From Chloroflexota bacterium (GTDB taxonomy: Bacteria; Chloroflexota; Limnocylindria; P2-11E): a DNA stretch of 64,000 bases. Position 1 is the stretch's first letter, and the number at the start of each line of letters is the position of its first letter. The stretch spans positions 4,534-68,533 of the forward strand of contig VBDX01000134.1 in assembly GCA_005881885.1 (NCBI GenBank), read 5' to 3'. This document shows, one piece after another, positions 10,118-18,462 of the stretch. The notes under the pieces are model-generated. The model made no database searches. It was not told the DNA's origin and saw nothing but the letters and a program-made list of their open reading frames with translations. The position numbers and the translations under genes were made by a program.

Positions 10118-10965
10118 CGTCGACCGAGATCAGCTACGGCAAGGCGCGCGTCGTCTTCTATCGCCTCGCCGGACGTGAGGCTCCGCCACTTGCCGCGTCC
10201 GTCGACATCGACGTCTTCGGCGAGCGGTTCATCTCGGCGTACACCGAAGGCGATAACCGGGCCGTCGTCGCGACCGACACGATGAAGAACTTCGTATACG
10301 CGATGGCCGCCGAGTACGCCGGAAACACGCTCCTGGGACTCTGCGCGTTCGTCGGCCGCAGGTTTCTTGCGACCTACCCGGTGATGGAGGCGCTCCGTGT
10401 CTCTGCGCGCGAGGTGCCGCTCGACGCCGCTTCCGGTGAGCATGGGCCGAGCGAGGTCCTTTTCCGCTCGACGAGAGGCGACGGCGCGGTCGCGCGGGTC
10501 TCGCTCGACGTCGACGCCGGCGAGCCTCGGGTCACCGGCGCTCAGAGCGGCTGGGAAGGCATGGTCCTCGTGAAGACCACCGGGAGCTCGTTCGCCGCGT
10601 TCGCCCGTGACGATTACACGACCCTCCCCGAGCTCATCGATCGCCCGCTGACCATCCATCTCGACGCGTACTGGCGCTACGCGGATCTGCGCGACGGGAT
10701 CGCGGAGGGCGTCGGTTTTTTCGGACCGCGCGCGGTGCGCGACGAGATCGAGCGCACGTTCCACGAGTTCAACAGCCGGTCGATCCAGCATCTCGTGCAC
10801 GAGATGGGGACGCGCTTGCTCGCCGCGCATCCACAGCTCGCGGAAGCGGAGTTCGTCGCGGAGAACCACACGCCCGACCACGTGCGCGACGGCGCAGGCG
10901 GTGTGAAGGTGTTCGCCCAAGCGCGTGGCACGTTCGGGAAGATCGGCCTAGTCCTGCGGCGGTGA
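10114..10965 (+). CDS. uox: Urate oxidase (uricase)
   Basis: Tandem T-fold with YGKARVVFYR and VVATDTMKNFVY motifs. GTG start overlaps the uraD stop. Confidence 0.85.
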   Translation: MTSTEISYGKARVVFYRLAGREAPPLAASVDIDVFGERFISAYTEGDNRAVVATDTMKNFVYAMAAEYAGNTLLGLCAFVGRRFLATYPVMEALRVSAREVPLDAASGEHGPSEVLFRSTRGDGAVARVSLDVDAGEPRVTGAQSGWEGMVLVKTTGSSFAAFARDDYTTLPELIDRPLTIHLDAYWRYADLRDGIAEGVGFFGPRAVRDEIERTFHEFNSRSIQHLVHEMGTRLLAAHPQLAEAEFVAENHTPDHVRDGAGGVKVFAQARGTFGKIGLVLRR

Positions 10966-11114
10966 GGCGGAGGTCGGATTACGGGGTTTCATCTCAAGGG
11001 TAGACTCGGACGGTAGCCAAACGGAAAAAGCTCACTGGTCCTGCGCGCGTCCTGGTCATAACCGATCAACCGCTCGCGAACCTTATTGCCCTCACTCTCA
11101 ACCATGGGATTTAC

Positions 11115-11747
11115 GTGACGCGCACGGTGGCAACGGCGGAGGCGGGGCTCAACGAGCTTCGTGAGTGGCGCCCGCACCTCCTCTTGGTGGACATCGACCA
11201 GGAACGCGCCGAATCGCTCGACTTCATCGGCCAGCGCATCGCGAATCGCCGGATCCCGACGATCGCGCTGACCATCCGAGGCGATCTCAAAACCAAGCTC
11301 GCCGCATTCGATCATGGCGCCGACGACATCGTCACGGTGCCCTTCGCTCCCGAGGAGCTGCTCGCGCGCGTGCTCGCTCTCACGCGGCGCACGTACGGAG
11401 ATGCGGTGCCGTTCGCACCGGCGATCAAGGTGGCGGGCCTCGAGATCGACCTCCTCGAGCAACGCGTCAAGGCGGGAGCCTCAGAGGTTCGGCTGACCTC
11501 ACTCGAGCTTTCGCTCTTGTATTTGCTTGCATCGAACCCCGGGCAGACCCTGGCTCGGGACGAGATTCTCGATGCGCTCTGGGGCGCCGACTACGTCGCC
11601 GAGAGCAACGTCGTGGATCGTCACATTCGCAATCTCCGCAAAAAGCTCAGGGAAAACGGGCGCCGGCCCCGCTTCATCGGTACGGTCCCCAGAAAGGGCT
11701 ACCGCTTCCTGGGACGAAGTGATCGTCTTCATGAGTCTGCTTCATGA
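11115..11747 (+). CDS. Atypical OmpR-family response regulator (orphan). The conserved receiver N-terminus continues in frame upstream to about 11043, with no canonical start codon
   Basis: C-terminal winged-helix domain (VAGLEIDLLEQRV...LTSLELSLLYLLASNPGQTLARDEILDALWG...VDRHIRNLRKKL...GYRF). Upstream in-frame KRKKLTGPARVLVITDQPLANLIALTLNHG is paralogous to the N-terminus of the next gene. The receiver lacks the acidic DD pair and the conserved Lys (DDIVTVPF). Confidence 0.7.
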   Translation: MTRTVATAEAGLNELREWRPHLLLVDIDQERAESLDFIGQRIANRRIPTIALTIRGDLKTKLAAFDHGADDIVTVPFAPEELLARVLALTRRTYGDAVPFAPAIKVAGLEIDLLEQRVKAGASEVRLTSLELSLLYLLASNPGQTLARDEILDALWGADYVAESNVVDRHIRNLRKKLRENGRRPRFIGTVPRKGYRFLGRSDRLHESAS

Positions 11748-11777
11748 CTCATCGCAATTGGCGCGTACACCTGATGC

Positions 11778-12533
11778 GTGCCGGCAGCCAAAAGGGAGCG
11801 CCAGGAGAGTGAAGGACGTTCGGGACCCCGGGTCCTGATCGTCATGAGCGAGTCCATCAGCAATCTCGTCGCGCTGACGCTTCAGCACGGGCGCTACGAG
11901 TCCAGGAGGACCATCGATGCGGATGAGTGCCGCCAGCTGATCCGCGAGTGGGAGCCGCAGCTCGCCTTTATCGACCTCGACATCTACCCAAATTTCATCG
12001 ACGTCTTCCACCGCGAACAGGCGGTGGTGCCGACGCCGATCCTCGCGTTCACGAGAAAGCGCGATACCGCCCTCAAGATGAGTGCGTTCGAGCGCGGGGT
12101 CGACGACATCATCGAGGTGCCTTTCACGCTCGATGAGATCGTCGCACGTCCGTACGCGCTCATGCGACGCGTCCACCGCATCGACGTCCCGCTCGTGCCC
12201 AAAATCAGGCTGGACGGGCTCGAGGTCGACCTCATCGAGCAGCGGGTCCGTGTCGGCGGTAGGGAACTTTCGCTGACACCGATCCAACAGACCCTGCTCT
12301 ACCTGCTCGCCGCAAACGCGGGAGAGGTGCTGAGCCGCGAGGAGCTCCTGACGAGCATCTGGGGCGGCGAGTTCGAGATCGAGAGCAACGTCGTCGACCG
12401 CCACATCCGCGAGCTGCGAGTGAAGCTCGGCGACGACTGGCGCACGCCGCAGTTCATCGAGACAATGGCCGGCAAGGGCTACCGGTTCAAGTCGCAGGCC
12501 GCGGCGGATCGCGGCGGCGAAGCCGCGAAGTGA
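11778..12533 (+). CDS. Atypical OmpR-family response regulator (orphan), paralogue of the preceding gene
   Basis: Receiver-like N-terminus (RVLIVMSESISNLVALTL...LAFIDLD...VDDIIEVPF) followed by OmpR-type wHTH (LEVDLIEQRVRVGGRELSLTPIQQTLLYLL...VDRHIRELRVKL...GYRF). Confidence 0.8.
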   Translation: MPAAKRERQESEGRSGPRVLIVMSESISNLVALTLQHGRYESRRTIDADECRQLIREWEPQLAFIDLDIYPNFIDVFHREQAVVPTPILAFTRKRDTALKMSAFERGVDDIIEVPFTLDEIVARPYALMRRVHRIDVPLVPKIRLDGLEVDLIEQRVRVGGRELSLTPIQQTLLYLLAANAGEVLSREELLTSIWGGEFEIESNVVDRHIRELRVKLGDDWRTPQFIETMAGKGYRFKSQAAADRGGEAAK

Positions 12534-12648
12534 GGTTGCACCCCCGCTAAAGCGCGCTGCGCTGTATGACCACAGGAAATGACACATGTCGCGTAGGGTG
12601 ATAAATCTGCAAGACACCGCGGGGGCGGTGATCGGCGCGCATGCTTGA

Positions 12649-13005
12649 GAACGCGTTGGGGAGGCGAGGTACCTGTCGACTCGAAGCATCGTCCATTGGG
12701 AATGCCAGTCGCCTGAGCACCGCGCTCTCCGGTCTCGCCACGGAAACGGCGGGCTCACGATCCACGACGGAGCGTGGGCGTACTGCGACGGGGCGGGCTC
12801 GGACGACGCGCACCGCTGGTCCGCGACCGGGGGCCTGCCGCTCGAATCGCTCGTGCGCTGGACGACGCCCAACGGCGCACCCGCGGACGTACACGCCGCA
12901 GCGCCCGTGAACGGCGACCGGCCGACGCCCCAATTCGCCGCCCGGCCGACGAACGGGACCACCGCGAGGACCACGAGGAAGACGACCGGAGTCCGCCGGA
13001 CCTAG
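12649..13005 (+). CDS. Cryptic ORF with strong GC3 bias and no ATG/GTG/TTG start. It is in frame with the small ORF 12586-12648 through one TGA (possible pseudogene or unusual start)
   Basis: The frame with the stop at 13003-13005 has markedly higher third-position GC than the two listed overlapping ORFs. Encodes ...HWECQSPEHRALR...GLTIHDGAWAYCDGAGSDDAHRWSATGGLPLESLVRW... Confidence 0.3.
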   Translation, partial: ERVGEARYLSTRSIVHWECQSPEHRALRSRHGNGGLTIHDGAWAYCDGAGSDDAHRWSATGGLPLESLVRWTTPNGAPADVHAAAPVNGDRPTPQFAARPTNGTTARTTRKTTGVRRT

Positions 13006-13255
13006 CCAGTCAGGAGCGATCGAAGACTACCCGCATCCGCCACCCGGACGAGTTCGGCGATGCGTGGCTGCGCGGCATCGATCCACTGCCATCACCGCGG
13101 TTTTGGACGTGATGCCTGACGCGGCCTCTCGGGCGGAGCAGGCCGGGTCAGTATCTCGAGCGGATCGATCACGCTCACCGGGTTGCGCTGCGCCGTGCGA
13201 GGCGACCTCGCCGCCATATCCTCACCGGCACGCGCGACGACGGGGAGGTCGAGCG

Positions 13256-13540
13256 ATGTCCGACATGAGCCGCAACGAATATCTTCGCGGAGCGATGGCC
13301 GCCGGGGCGGCGTCCTTCGCGGAGTCCTTGACCGGCGAACGAGCCTCAGTGGACGGATCCGCTACTGCGCAGGCGCTCGACCACGTGCAGCGGCTGGTCG
13401 ACGCCGCGAGCGACCGCCTGACCGGCGCGCTCGCCGATGCCGGTCAGATCGAGAGCGAGGTGGTCACCGCGCTGCACACGATCCGCGCCCGCGCGCTCGC
13501 GGTCGCCGCGCAGGTGGACGCGGCGCTGCCACTCGGCTAA
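13256..13540 (+). CDS. Small hypothetical protein (about 95 aa)
   Basis: GGGGAGG RBS 7-8 nt upstream of ATG 13256. High GC3. MSDMSRNEYLRGAMAAGAASFAESL... Confidence 0.45.
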   Translation: MSDMSRNEYLRGAMAAGAASFAESLTGERASVDGSATAQALDHVQRLVDAASDRLTGALADAGQIESEVVTALHTIRARALAVAAQVDAALPLG

Positions 13541-13544
13541 GGCC

Positions 13545-14810
13545 TCACTCCGGGGTGCGCGGAAGTGCGGTCCCGATGACCTCGCGGATCGATCCGAGGG
13601 CGTGCTCGCGCACGTAGGCCGCGAGCCCCTCGATCACCCGTAGGGGCGCCAGCGGATCGGCGAACGTCGCGGTCCCGACCTGCACCGACGACGCGCCGGC
13701 CATCAGGAACTCGAGCGCATCCTGCGCGCTCGTCACGCCCCCCGCGCCTATGACCGGGATCGAAACGGCCTGCGCGACCTGATAGGTGATGTGGACGGCG
13801 ATCGGGCGGATCGCCGGCCCCGAAAGGCCACCGCTCCCAGTGCCGAGCATCGGGCGCCGACGCTCGGTGTCGATGCGCATCCCGAGCACGGTGTTGATCG
13901 CGGTGAGCCCGTCGGCGCCCGCTTCCTCGCAGGCGCGCGCGACGGCGACCACGTCGGGCGCGTTCGGGGTGAGCTTTACGATCACCGGGAGGTCCGTTTC
14001 GGCTTTCACCGCTCGCGTCACGTCGGCAGCCAGGTCCGGGTCGCAACCGAAGAGCATTCCGCCCCTCACGTTCGGGCACGACACGTTGAGCTCGTACGCG
14101 ACGACACCGGGCGTCCCCGTCATCTCGTGCACCACGTACACGTAGTCCTCGACGCTGTATCCGGCGACGTTCACGATCACCGGAACGCCGAGCTCGGCCC
14201 ACGCTCGGCCGTACCGGCGCGCGACCTCGACCGCGCCGGGGTTCTCCAGGCCGATCGAGTTGAGGATGCCCGACGGCGTCTCCGCGATGCGGTACTGCGG
14301 ATTGCCCGGTCGCGGGTTCGGGGTCGTTCCCTTGTTCACGATCGCGCCGAGCCTCGAGACGTCGATGAGCTCGGCGTATTCCACGCCCTGGCCAAACGTG
14401 CCCGATGCCGTCATGACCGGATTCTTCAGGCGCAGACCGCGCGCCGCCTCGACCGAGAGATCGACGCCGCTCTCGGGATAGCGCACACGCTTCGCAGCGC
14501 GGGGGTCTTCCTCGCTCGGCCCCTCGTGGGATCGCGATGTTCCGCGCGCCAGGGGCCGCTCGCTCGGAAGACCCCCACGCTGCTCCTCGGTTGCCAGGGC
14601 ATCGCGGAGTCTCGTTCCGAGTTCGCTCGGCGCGCGGTCCTCCTCCGGTTCCCCCGTCGCCGCTTCGAGCAGGCTCGCGTCGTCGAGTTCCGCGAGCTCC
14701 GCCGCATCCTCCTCGGACTCGCCGTCAGCTGCATCGTCCAGTGACTCCTCTATGGATTTGCTGACGTCGATGGAGCGCTCGACTTTCTTTCGGAAACGGC
14801 GCCAGGGCAT
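13545..14810 (-). CDS. pyrD: Dihydroorotate dehydrogenase catalytic subunit (class 1B) with an acidic N-terminal extension of about 110 aa
   Basis: GLRLKNPVMTASGTFG, NTVLGMRID and IPVIGAGGV motifs. Start ATG overlaps the pyrK stop (ATGA). An internal GTG at VDLSVE is an alternative start. Confidence 0.9.
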   Translation of the reverse strand: MPWRRFRKKVERSIDVSKSIEESLDDAADGESEEDAAELAELDDASLLEAATGEPEEDRAPSELGTRLRDALATEEQRGGLPSERPLARGTSRSHEGPSEEDPRAAKRVRYPESGVDLSVEAARGLRLKNPVMTASGTFGQGVEYAELIDVSRLGAIVNKGTTPNPRPGNPQYRIAETPSGILNSIGLENPGAVEVARRYGRAWAELGVPVIVNVAGYSVEDYVYVVHEMTGTPGVVAYELNVSCPNVRGGMLFGCDPDLAADVTRAVKAETDLPVIVKLTPNAPDVVAVARACEEAGADGLTAINTVLGMRIDTERRRPMLGTGSGGLSGPAIRPIAVHITYQVAQAVSIPVIGAGGVTSAQDALEFLMAGASSVQVGTATFADPLAPLRVIEGLAAYVREHALGSIREVIGTALPRTPE

Positions 14811-15652
14811 CAGGCGAGGATCCCCACCGTCGCGGGCTCACCCTGCTCGAAGGCGATGTCGCCGAGCGCGAAGACCGGGCCCTCGCGGCAAACGCGCGCG
14901 TTCCCCTGCGCGGTCACGACGACGCACGCGCGGCACACGCCCATCGCGCATCCCATGTGCTGCTCGACCGCGATCTGCGCGTCGAGGAGCGGACGCCGCC
15001 CCGGATACGCCGACGACGCGCGGTCCGCCTCGTCCCGCAGGCGCCCGAGCGCGGCGAGCATCGGCCACGGACCGCACGCGCACAGCTGATCGGCCCACTC
15101 GAGCAGCGGGCCGATCGCGTCGGTGACCCGTCCGGTGATCCCGAACGATCCGTCCTCCGTGGTGGTGACGTACTCGACGGTCGCTGGAAGCAGGTCGCTC
15201 GGCCAGAGGTGCGCGACGGATCGGCCGCCCATGAGCAGCGTGGCGTTTCGTCGGGCCGATTCTTGCTCGGCCAGCACGCGCATCGGCGCGATCCCGGTGC
15301 CGCCGGCGACGAGCAGGAGGTTCCGCGTCGAGCGGTGCACGACGAACGCAGACCCGAGCGGACCGAGCAAATCCAGCGCGTCGCCCTCGCGTCGCGCGGC
15401 GATCCATTCCCCGCCCGGGCCGAGCGGCTTCACGAGGAGCTCGATCTCGCCCGCCCTGCGGTCGATGCGGTTGAACGAATAGGGGCGGCGGAGGAGCGGC
15501 TCGAACGAAAGACCGGGCCGCACGTGGACGAACTGCCCCGCGCGGGCCTGCGCGGCGATCTCCGGGGCGGCGATCCGGAGCACCGTCCCGAGCTGACCGA
15601 TCTCGGTCGATGCGACGACGCGGCCTTCCTCGAGCAGCACTCCGGAAGACAA
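14810..15652 (-). CDS. pyrK: Dihydroorotate dehydrogenase electron-transfer subunit
   Basis: FAD/NAD-binding ferredoxin-reductase-like fold (RPYSF, GGTGIAP) and a C-terminal Cys cluster (CAMGVCRACVV). Confidence 0.85.
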   Translation of the reverse strand: MSSGVLLEEGRVVASTEIGQLGTVLRIAAPEIAAQARAGQFVHVRPGLSFEPLLRRPYSFNRIDRRAGEIELLVKPLGPGGEWIAARREGDALDLLGPLGSAFVVHRSTRNLLLVAGGTGIAPMRVLAEQESARRNATLLMGGRSVAHLWPSDLLPATVEYVTTTEDGSFGITGRVTDAIGPLLEWADQLCACGPWPMLAALGRLRDEADRASSAYPGRRPLLDAQIAVEQHMGCAMGVCRACVVVTAQGNARVCREGPVFALGDIAFEQGEPATVGILA

Positions 15653-15718
15653 GTCTCGCAGACAACGAAAGAGGGAGGCGCGGCGCGCCTCCCTCTCGAA
15701 CGCGCGTGATCGCTCGGG

Positions 15719-16264
15719 CTAGGTGAGCCGATTCTCAGCGAAGTCGAAGTTGAACGAGATCCACTCCCCGTTTGCGCCCAGCACCGAGTACTCGACCTCC
15801 CGGGCGCGTAGGCCGGAACCCGCCATCGCGACCTCATCACCGCCCGATCCGGTGGTCGCCTGAATGACGCCAGCGATCGCGCCGGGAACGCCCCCTCCGA
15901 GGTGCGGCTGGGGGCCCGTCGACTGGGCTCGCGTCGACGGACTGAACGAAGAGATGAGAATGTCCGTGAACTTGTACTTGAGGAAGTCGACCTGGTCCTT
16001 GCCCGCCTTGCGCAAGGTGAGCACGGCCTCCTTGAGGTGCGCGCCTGTCGCGAGGTACTTGAACAGGAGCGGCGAGGACTTGTCGATCTTGACCACGAAG
16101 CTGAAATCCTGCGCCGAGACCTTTCCCGTCCCTCCGCCGCCGCCGAACGCGCCGGGCTGGGTGGCGCCCCAGCTGAACGAGAGCACTTCGATCTCGTCCT
16201 TGTGCTTGGAGTCGAGGCTCTCGCCCTTGATGCCTTCGATCTTGAGAAATGAGTCGTATGCCAT
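15719..16264 (-). CDS. hcp: Hcp1-family protein (type VI secretion tube protein family), orphan
   Basis: MAYDSFLKIEGIKGESLDSKHKDEIEVLSFSWG...GGGGGTGKVSAQDFSFVVKIDKSSPLLFKYLATGAHL...LTLRKAG closely follows the Hcp1 consensus. GGAGGA RBS. No other T6SS genes in the window. Confidence 0.8.
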   Translation of the reverse strand: MAYDSFLKIEGIKGESLDSKHKDEIEVLSFSWGATQPGAFGGGGGTGKVSAQDFSFVVKIDKSSPLLFKYLATGAHLKEAVLTLRKAGKDQVDFLKYKFTDILISSFSPSTRAQSTGPQPHLGGGVPGAIAGVIQATTGSGGDEVAMAGSGLRAREVEYSVLGANGEWISFNFDFAENRLT

Positions 16265-16271
16265 CCCTTAA

Positions 16272-16793
16272 TTAATCCTCCGTGAACAGCGTCAGTGCGA
16301 ACTTCGCCGTGCCGTTTCCACCGAAGCCGTAGATATCCTGCTGGGCCGTGTAGCTGCCTCGTGCGCCGGTGTACTTCCCGGTGCCGCCCACGATCGCGTA
16401 GGTCCGCTCCGCTCCGACGCCAGAGCCAATGCCGACGATCGAGCCGGCGACGAGGTTGAGCGTGTGGACCTCGACCGTATTGCCGTGCCCCGCGAGCGTG
16501 AAGACCGCCGACGAGAAGTCGCCGACCTTGTCGCCCTCGAGTCCGTTTAGCAGATCGCCGTAGACCGCGTAGCGGTCGCCGGCCTGTGGGAGCTCGCCGA
16601 ACTTGAGGTCCGCCGAGTGCGCGTACCAGCCGCGCCCGTAGAGCTCGGTCGTGCGCGGGGTCGCACGCGTGGATACGCCCACCGCGGGACGCGAGTCCGT
16701 ACGGCCAGCGAAGATCGCGAAGCCGGCGGCGATGCCGGCGAGACCGCGCGTGATGACGCTGCGTCTGGGCAAGTGAGGAACGCCGTCTCTCAT
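16272..16793 (-). CDS. Tat-secreted dirigent-like beta-barrel protein
   Basis: Start chosen at MRDGVPHLPRRSVITRGLAGIAAGFAIFAG (twin-arginine signal) with a GGGAGGGAGG RBS. C-terminal AIVGGTGKYTGARGSY matches the dirigent VVGGTGKFRxARGY signature. The listed ORF extends to 17033 through junk. Confidence 0.65.
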   Translation of the reverse strand: MRDGVPHLPRRSVITRGLAGIAAGFAIFAGRTDSRPAVGVSTRATPRTTELYGRGWYAHSADLKFGELPQAGDRYAVYGDLLNGLEGDKVGDFSSAVFTLAGHGNTVEVHTLNLVAGSIVGIGSGVGAERTYAIVGGTGKYTGARGSYTAQQDIYGFGGNGTAKFALTLFTED

Positions 16794-16869
16794 GCCTCCC
16801 TCCCTTCGGGCAGGCGAGTGTGCGGTCAGGCCAACCGCCAGCGCAACGGCCAGCGGTCGCAACATGCGA

Positions 16870-18417
16870 TCAGGAGGGCTGCACTCCATCGGCGAGCGTG
16901 AGTAGTCCAAGTTCGAACATGCGTCGCGCGACGGGCAGACCGGCCTGGACGAAGCGTTCGGTGTCGTCGCCTGCCGCACCCTCCGCGAGCGCTGCATCGA
17001 CGAGCGCCAGACGGAGCGGACGCCTTCCGTCAAGCTTCGACAAGAGAAGGACCGCGCGCGGCTCGATGCCGGCCCGGAAGGGAAGGCCGTCGTCCAAGGT
17101 CACCGCCATCTCGTGCACGCGAGGCCGGGCGGCCTCGAATCGGACCTGCTGCTCGAGCCTCATGGACGCCGCGGGAACGAGGATCGCCTCGAGCAGTCCG
17201 GCTTCCCCGATCCGGGCGAGGAAATCGTGCGCGGCGAACATGCGCTGAACGTGGTCGCTCGCGGGCCTCACGCCGCCCGGTGGCAGAACCTCGATCCGGA
17301 ACCAGTTCGGCCCCGCCGCTCGGCGGCGAAGCACGACCGAGCCGTAGGCTATCCCTCGGATACCGAGCTTGCCGTAATAGCTCATCCAGCCGTCGATCAG
17401 TTCCGCATATCGAATCGGGTCGCCGGCTTCGGTCTGATTCCAGCCCGCGGCCGTCTCGAGCGGCTCGTCGGTGCGGTAGTGAAGTAGCCAGGCGTCGCAG
17501 CCGCTCCCTTCGACCCATCGGCGCACCCGGGCCGCGGGGTCTCCGTCAGGATCCGCGATCCAGCTGATCGCCACGGTCGCGAATCCGCCCTCTTCGAGGT
17601 GGGCTGGGATCGAGCGGACGACCTGTTCGGACACGCTGTCGCCTGGGAGTCCGCTGTCGCGGTAGATGTACTCGGTCGCGGGCGAGATCACGTAGGGCGG
17701 ATTGCACACGATCACGTCGAACCGCTCGTCCCGAACCGGGTCGAACCAGCTCCCGAGACGCAGCTCCAGATTCCGAACGCCGTTCAGCTGTGCATTGAAT
17801 GCGGCGAAGCGCAGAGCCCGGGGACTGATGTCTGTCCCCAGGACGCGGTCGGCATGGGGTGCCGCGACCAGCGCGACGACGCCGCAGCCGGTGCCGAGAT
17901 CGAGGAGGCTCCGAGCGTCGGGCCGCACCGTCAGATACGCAAGCGTCACGGAGGGGCGGTGCACACCGGGAACGTGGTCGGGCGGCGCCTTCTCACCCGC
18001 GCGGAGACGGACGTCCGACGTGATGAGCAGCTCATCGTGCGGCACGATCCGCACAGACGGACGCACCACGCCACCGTCGGCGCTCGCGATCCCAAGCCGA
18101 GTCAGGTCCGTCACACCCAGCGGCGCGATCGCCGTCGCAACGTCGTCCTCGGGAACGTCGAGGTTCAGCACGAAGAGACGGATCAGCGCTGCCAAGCCAC
18201 CCCGGCCCTCGAGGCGACGAAGCTGCACCGGAATATCCCAGGAGCGTGAGAGAACCTCGCTGTGAGCGCCGAGGGCCTCACCGATGCGTTCGGCCTTGAA
18301 GCCCGCCTCATCAAGCATCTCGCGGAAGCGGAGCATGAGTTCGGGCTGATCCAGGGCGAGAGGCCCTTCCACCGCGCCGATGGTAGAGAAAGAGGTGGGG
18401 CGCCTTCGCTGCCCCAT
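16870..18417 (-). CDS. Large class I SAM-dependent methyltransferase (NPPY-type, HemK-like core with extra N- and C-terminal domains)
   Basis: LDLGTGCGVVAL (motif I) and VIVCNPPY (motif IV). 515 aa. Confidence 0.75.
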   Translation of the reverse strand: MGQRRRPTSFSTIGAVEGPLALDQPELMLRFREMLDEAGFKAERIGEALGAHSEVLSRSWDIPVQLRRLEGRGGLAALIRLFVLNLDVPEDDVATAIAPLGVTDLTRLGIASADGGVVRPSVRIVPHDELLITSDVRLRAGEKAPPDHVPGVHRPSVTLAYLTVRPDARSLLDLGTGCGVVALVAAPHADRVLGTDISPRALRFAAFNAQLNGVRNLELRLGSWFDPVRDERFDVIVCNPPYVISPATEYIYRDSGLPGDSVSEQVVRSIPAHLEEGGFATVAISWIADPDGDPAARVRRWVEGSGCDAWLLHYRTDEPLETAAGWNQTEAGDPIRYAELIDGWMSYYGKLGIRGIAYGSVVLRRRAAGPNWFRIEVLPPGGVRPASDHVQRMFAAHDFLARIGEAGLLEAILVPAASMRLEQQVRFEAARPRVHEMAVTLDDGLPFRAGIEPRAVLLLSKLDGRRPLRLALVDAALAEGAAGDDTERFVQAGLPVARRMFELGLLTLADGVQPS

Positions 18418-18462
18418 CTCTTGTTGCAGGCAAGTTCATCTCGAAGAGCGGAAGCGGCGATG

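Noticed and set aside
12646-12648. In-frame TGA as a selenocysteine codon
   Set aside because: No SECIS-like hairpin with an apical GGU-containing loop follows the TGA within 30 nt. Only short restriction-site-type palindromes (GGTACC, GTCGAC) were found. A pseudogene or non-canonical start is more plausible.
15719-16264. Interpreting hcp as part of a type VI secretion system
   Set aside because: No TssA-M, VgrG, PAAR or ClpV homologues occur anywhere in the 64-kb window, so it is treated as an orphan Hcp-family gene.
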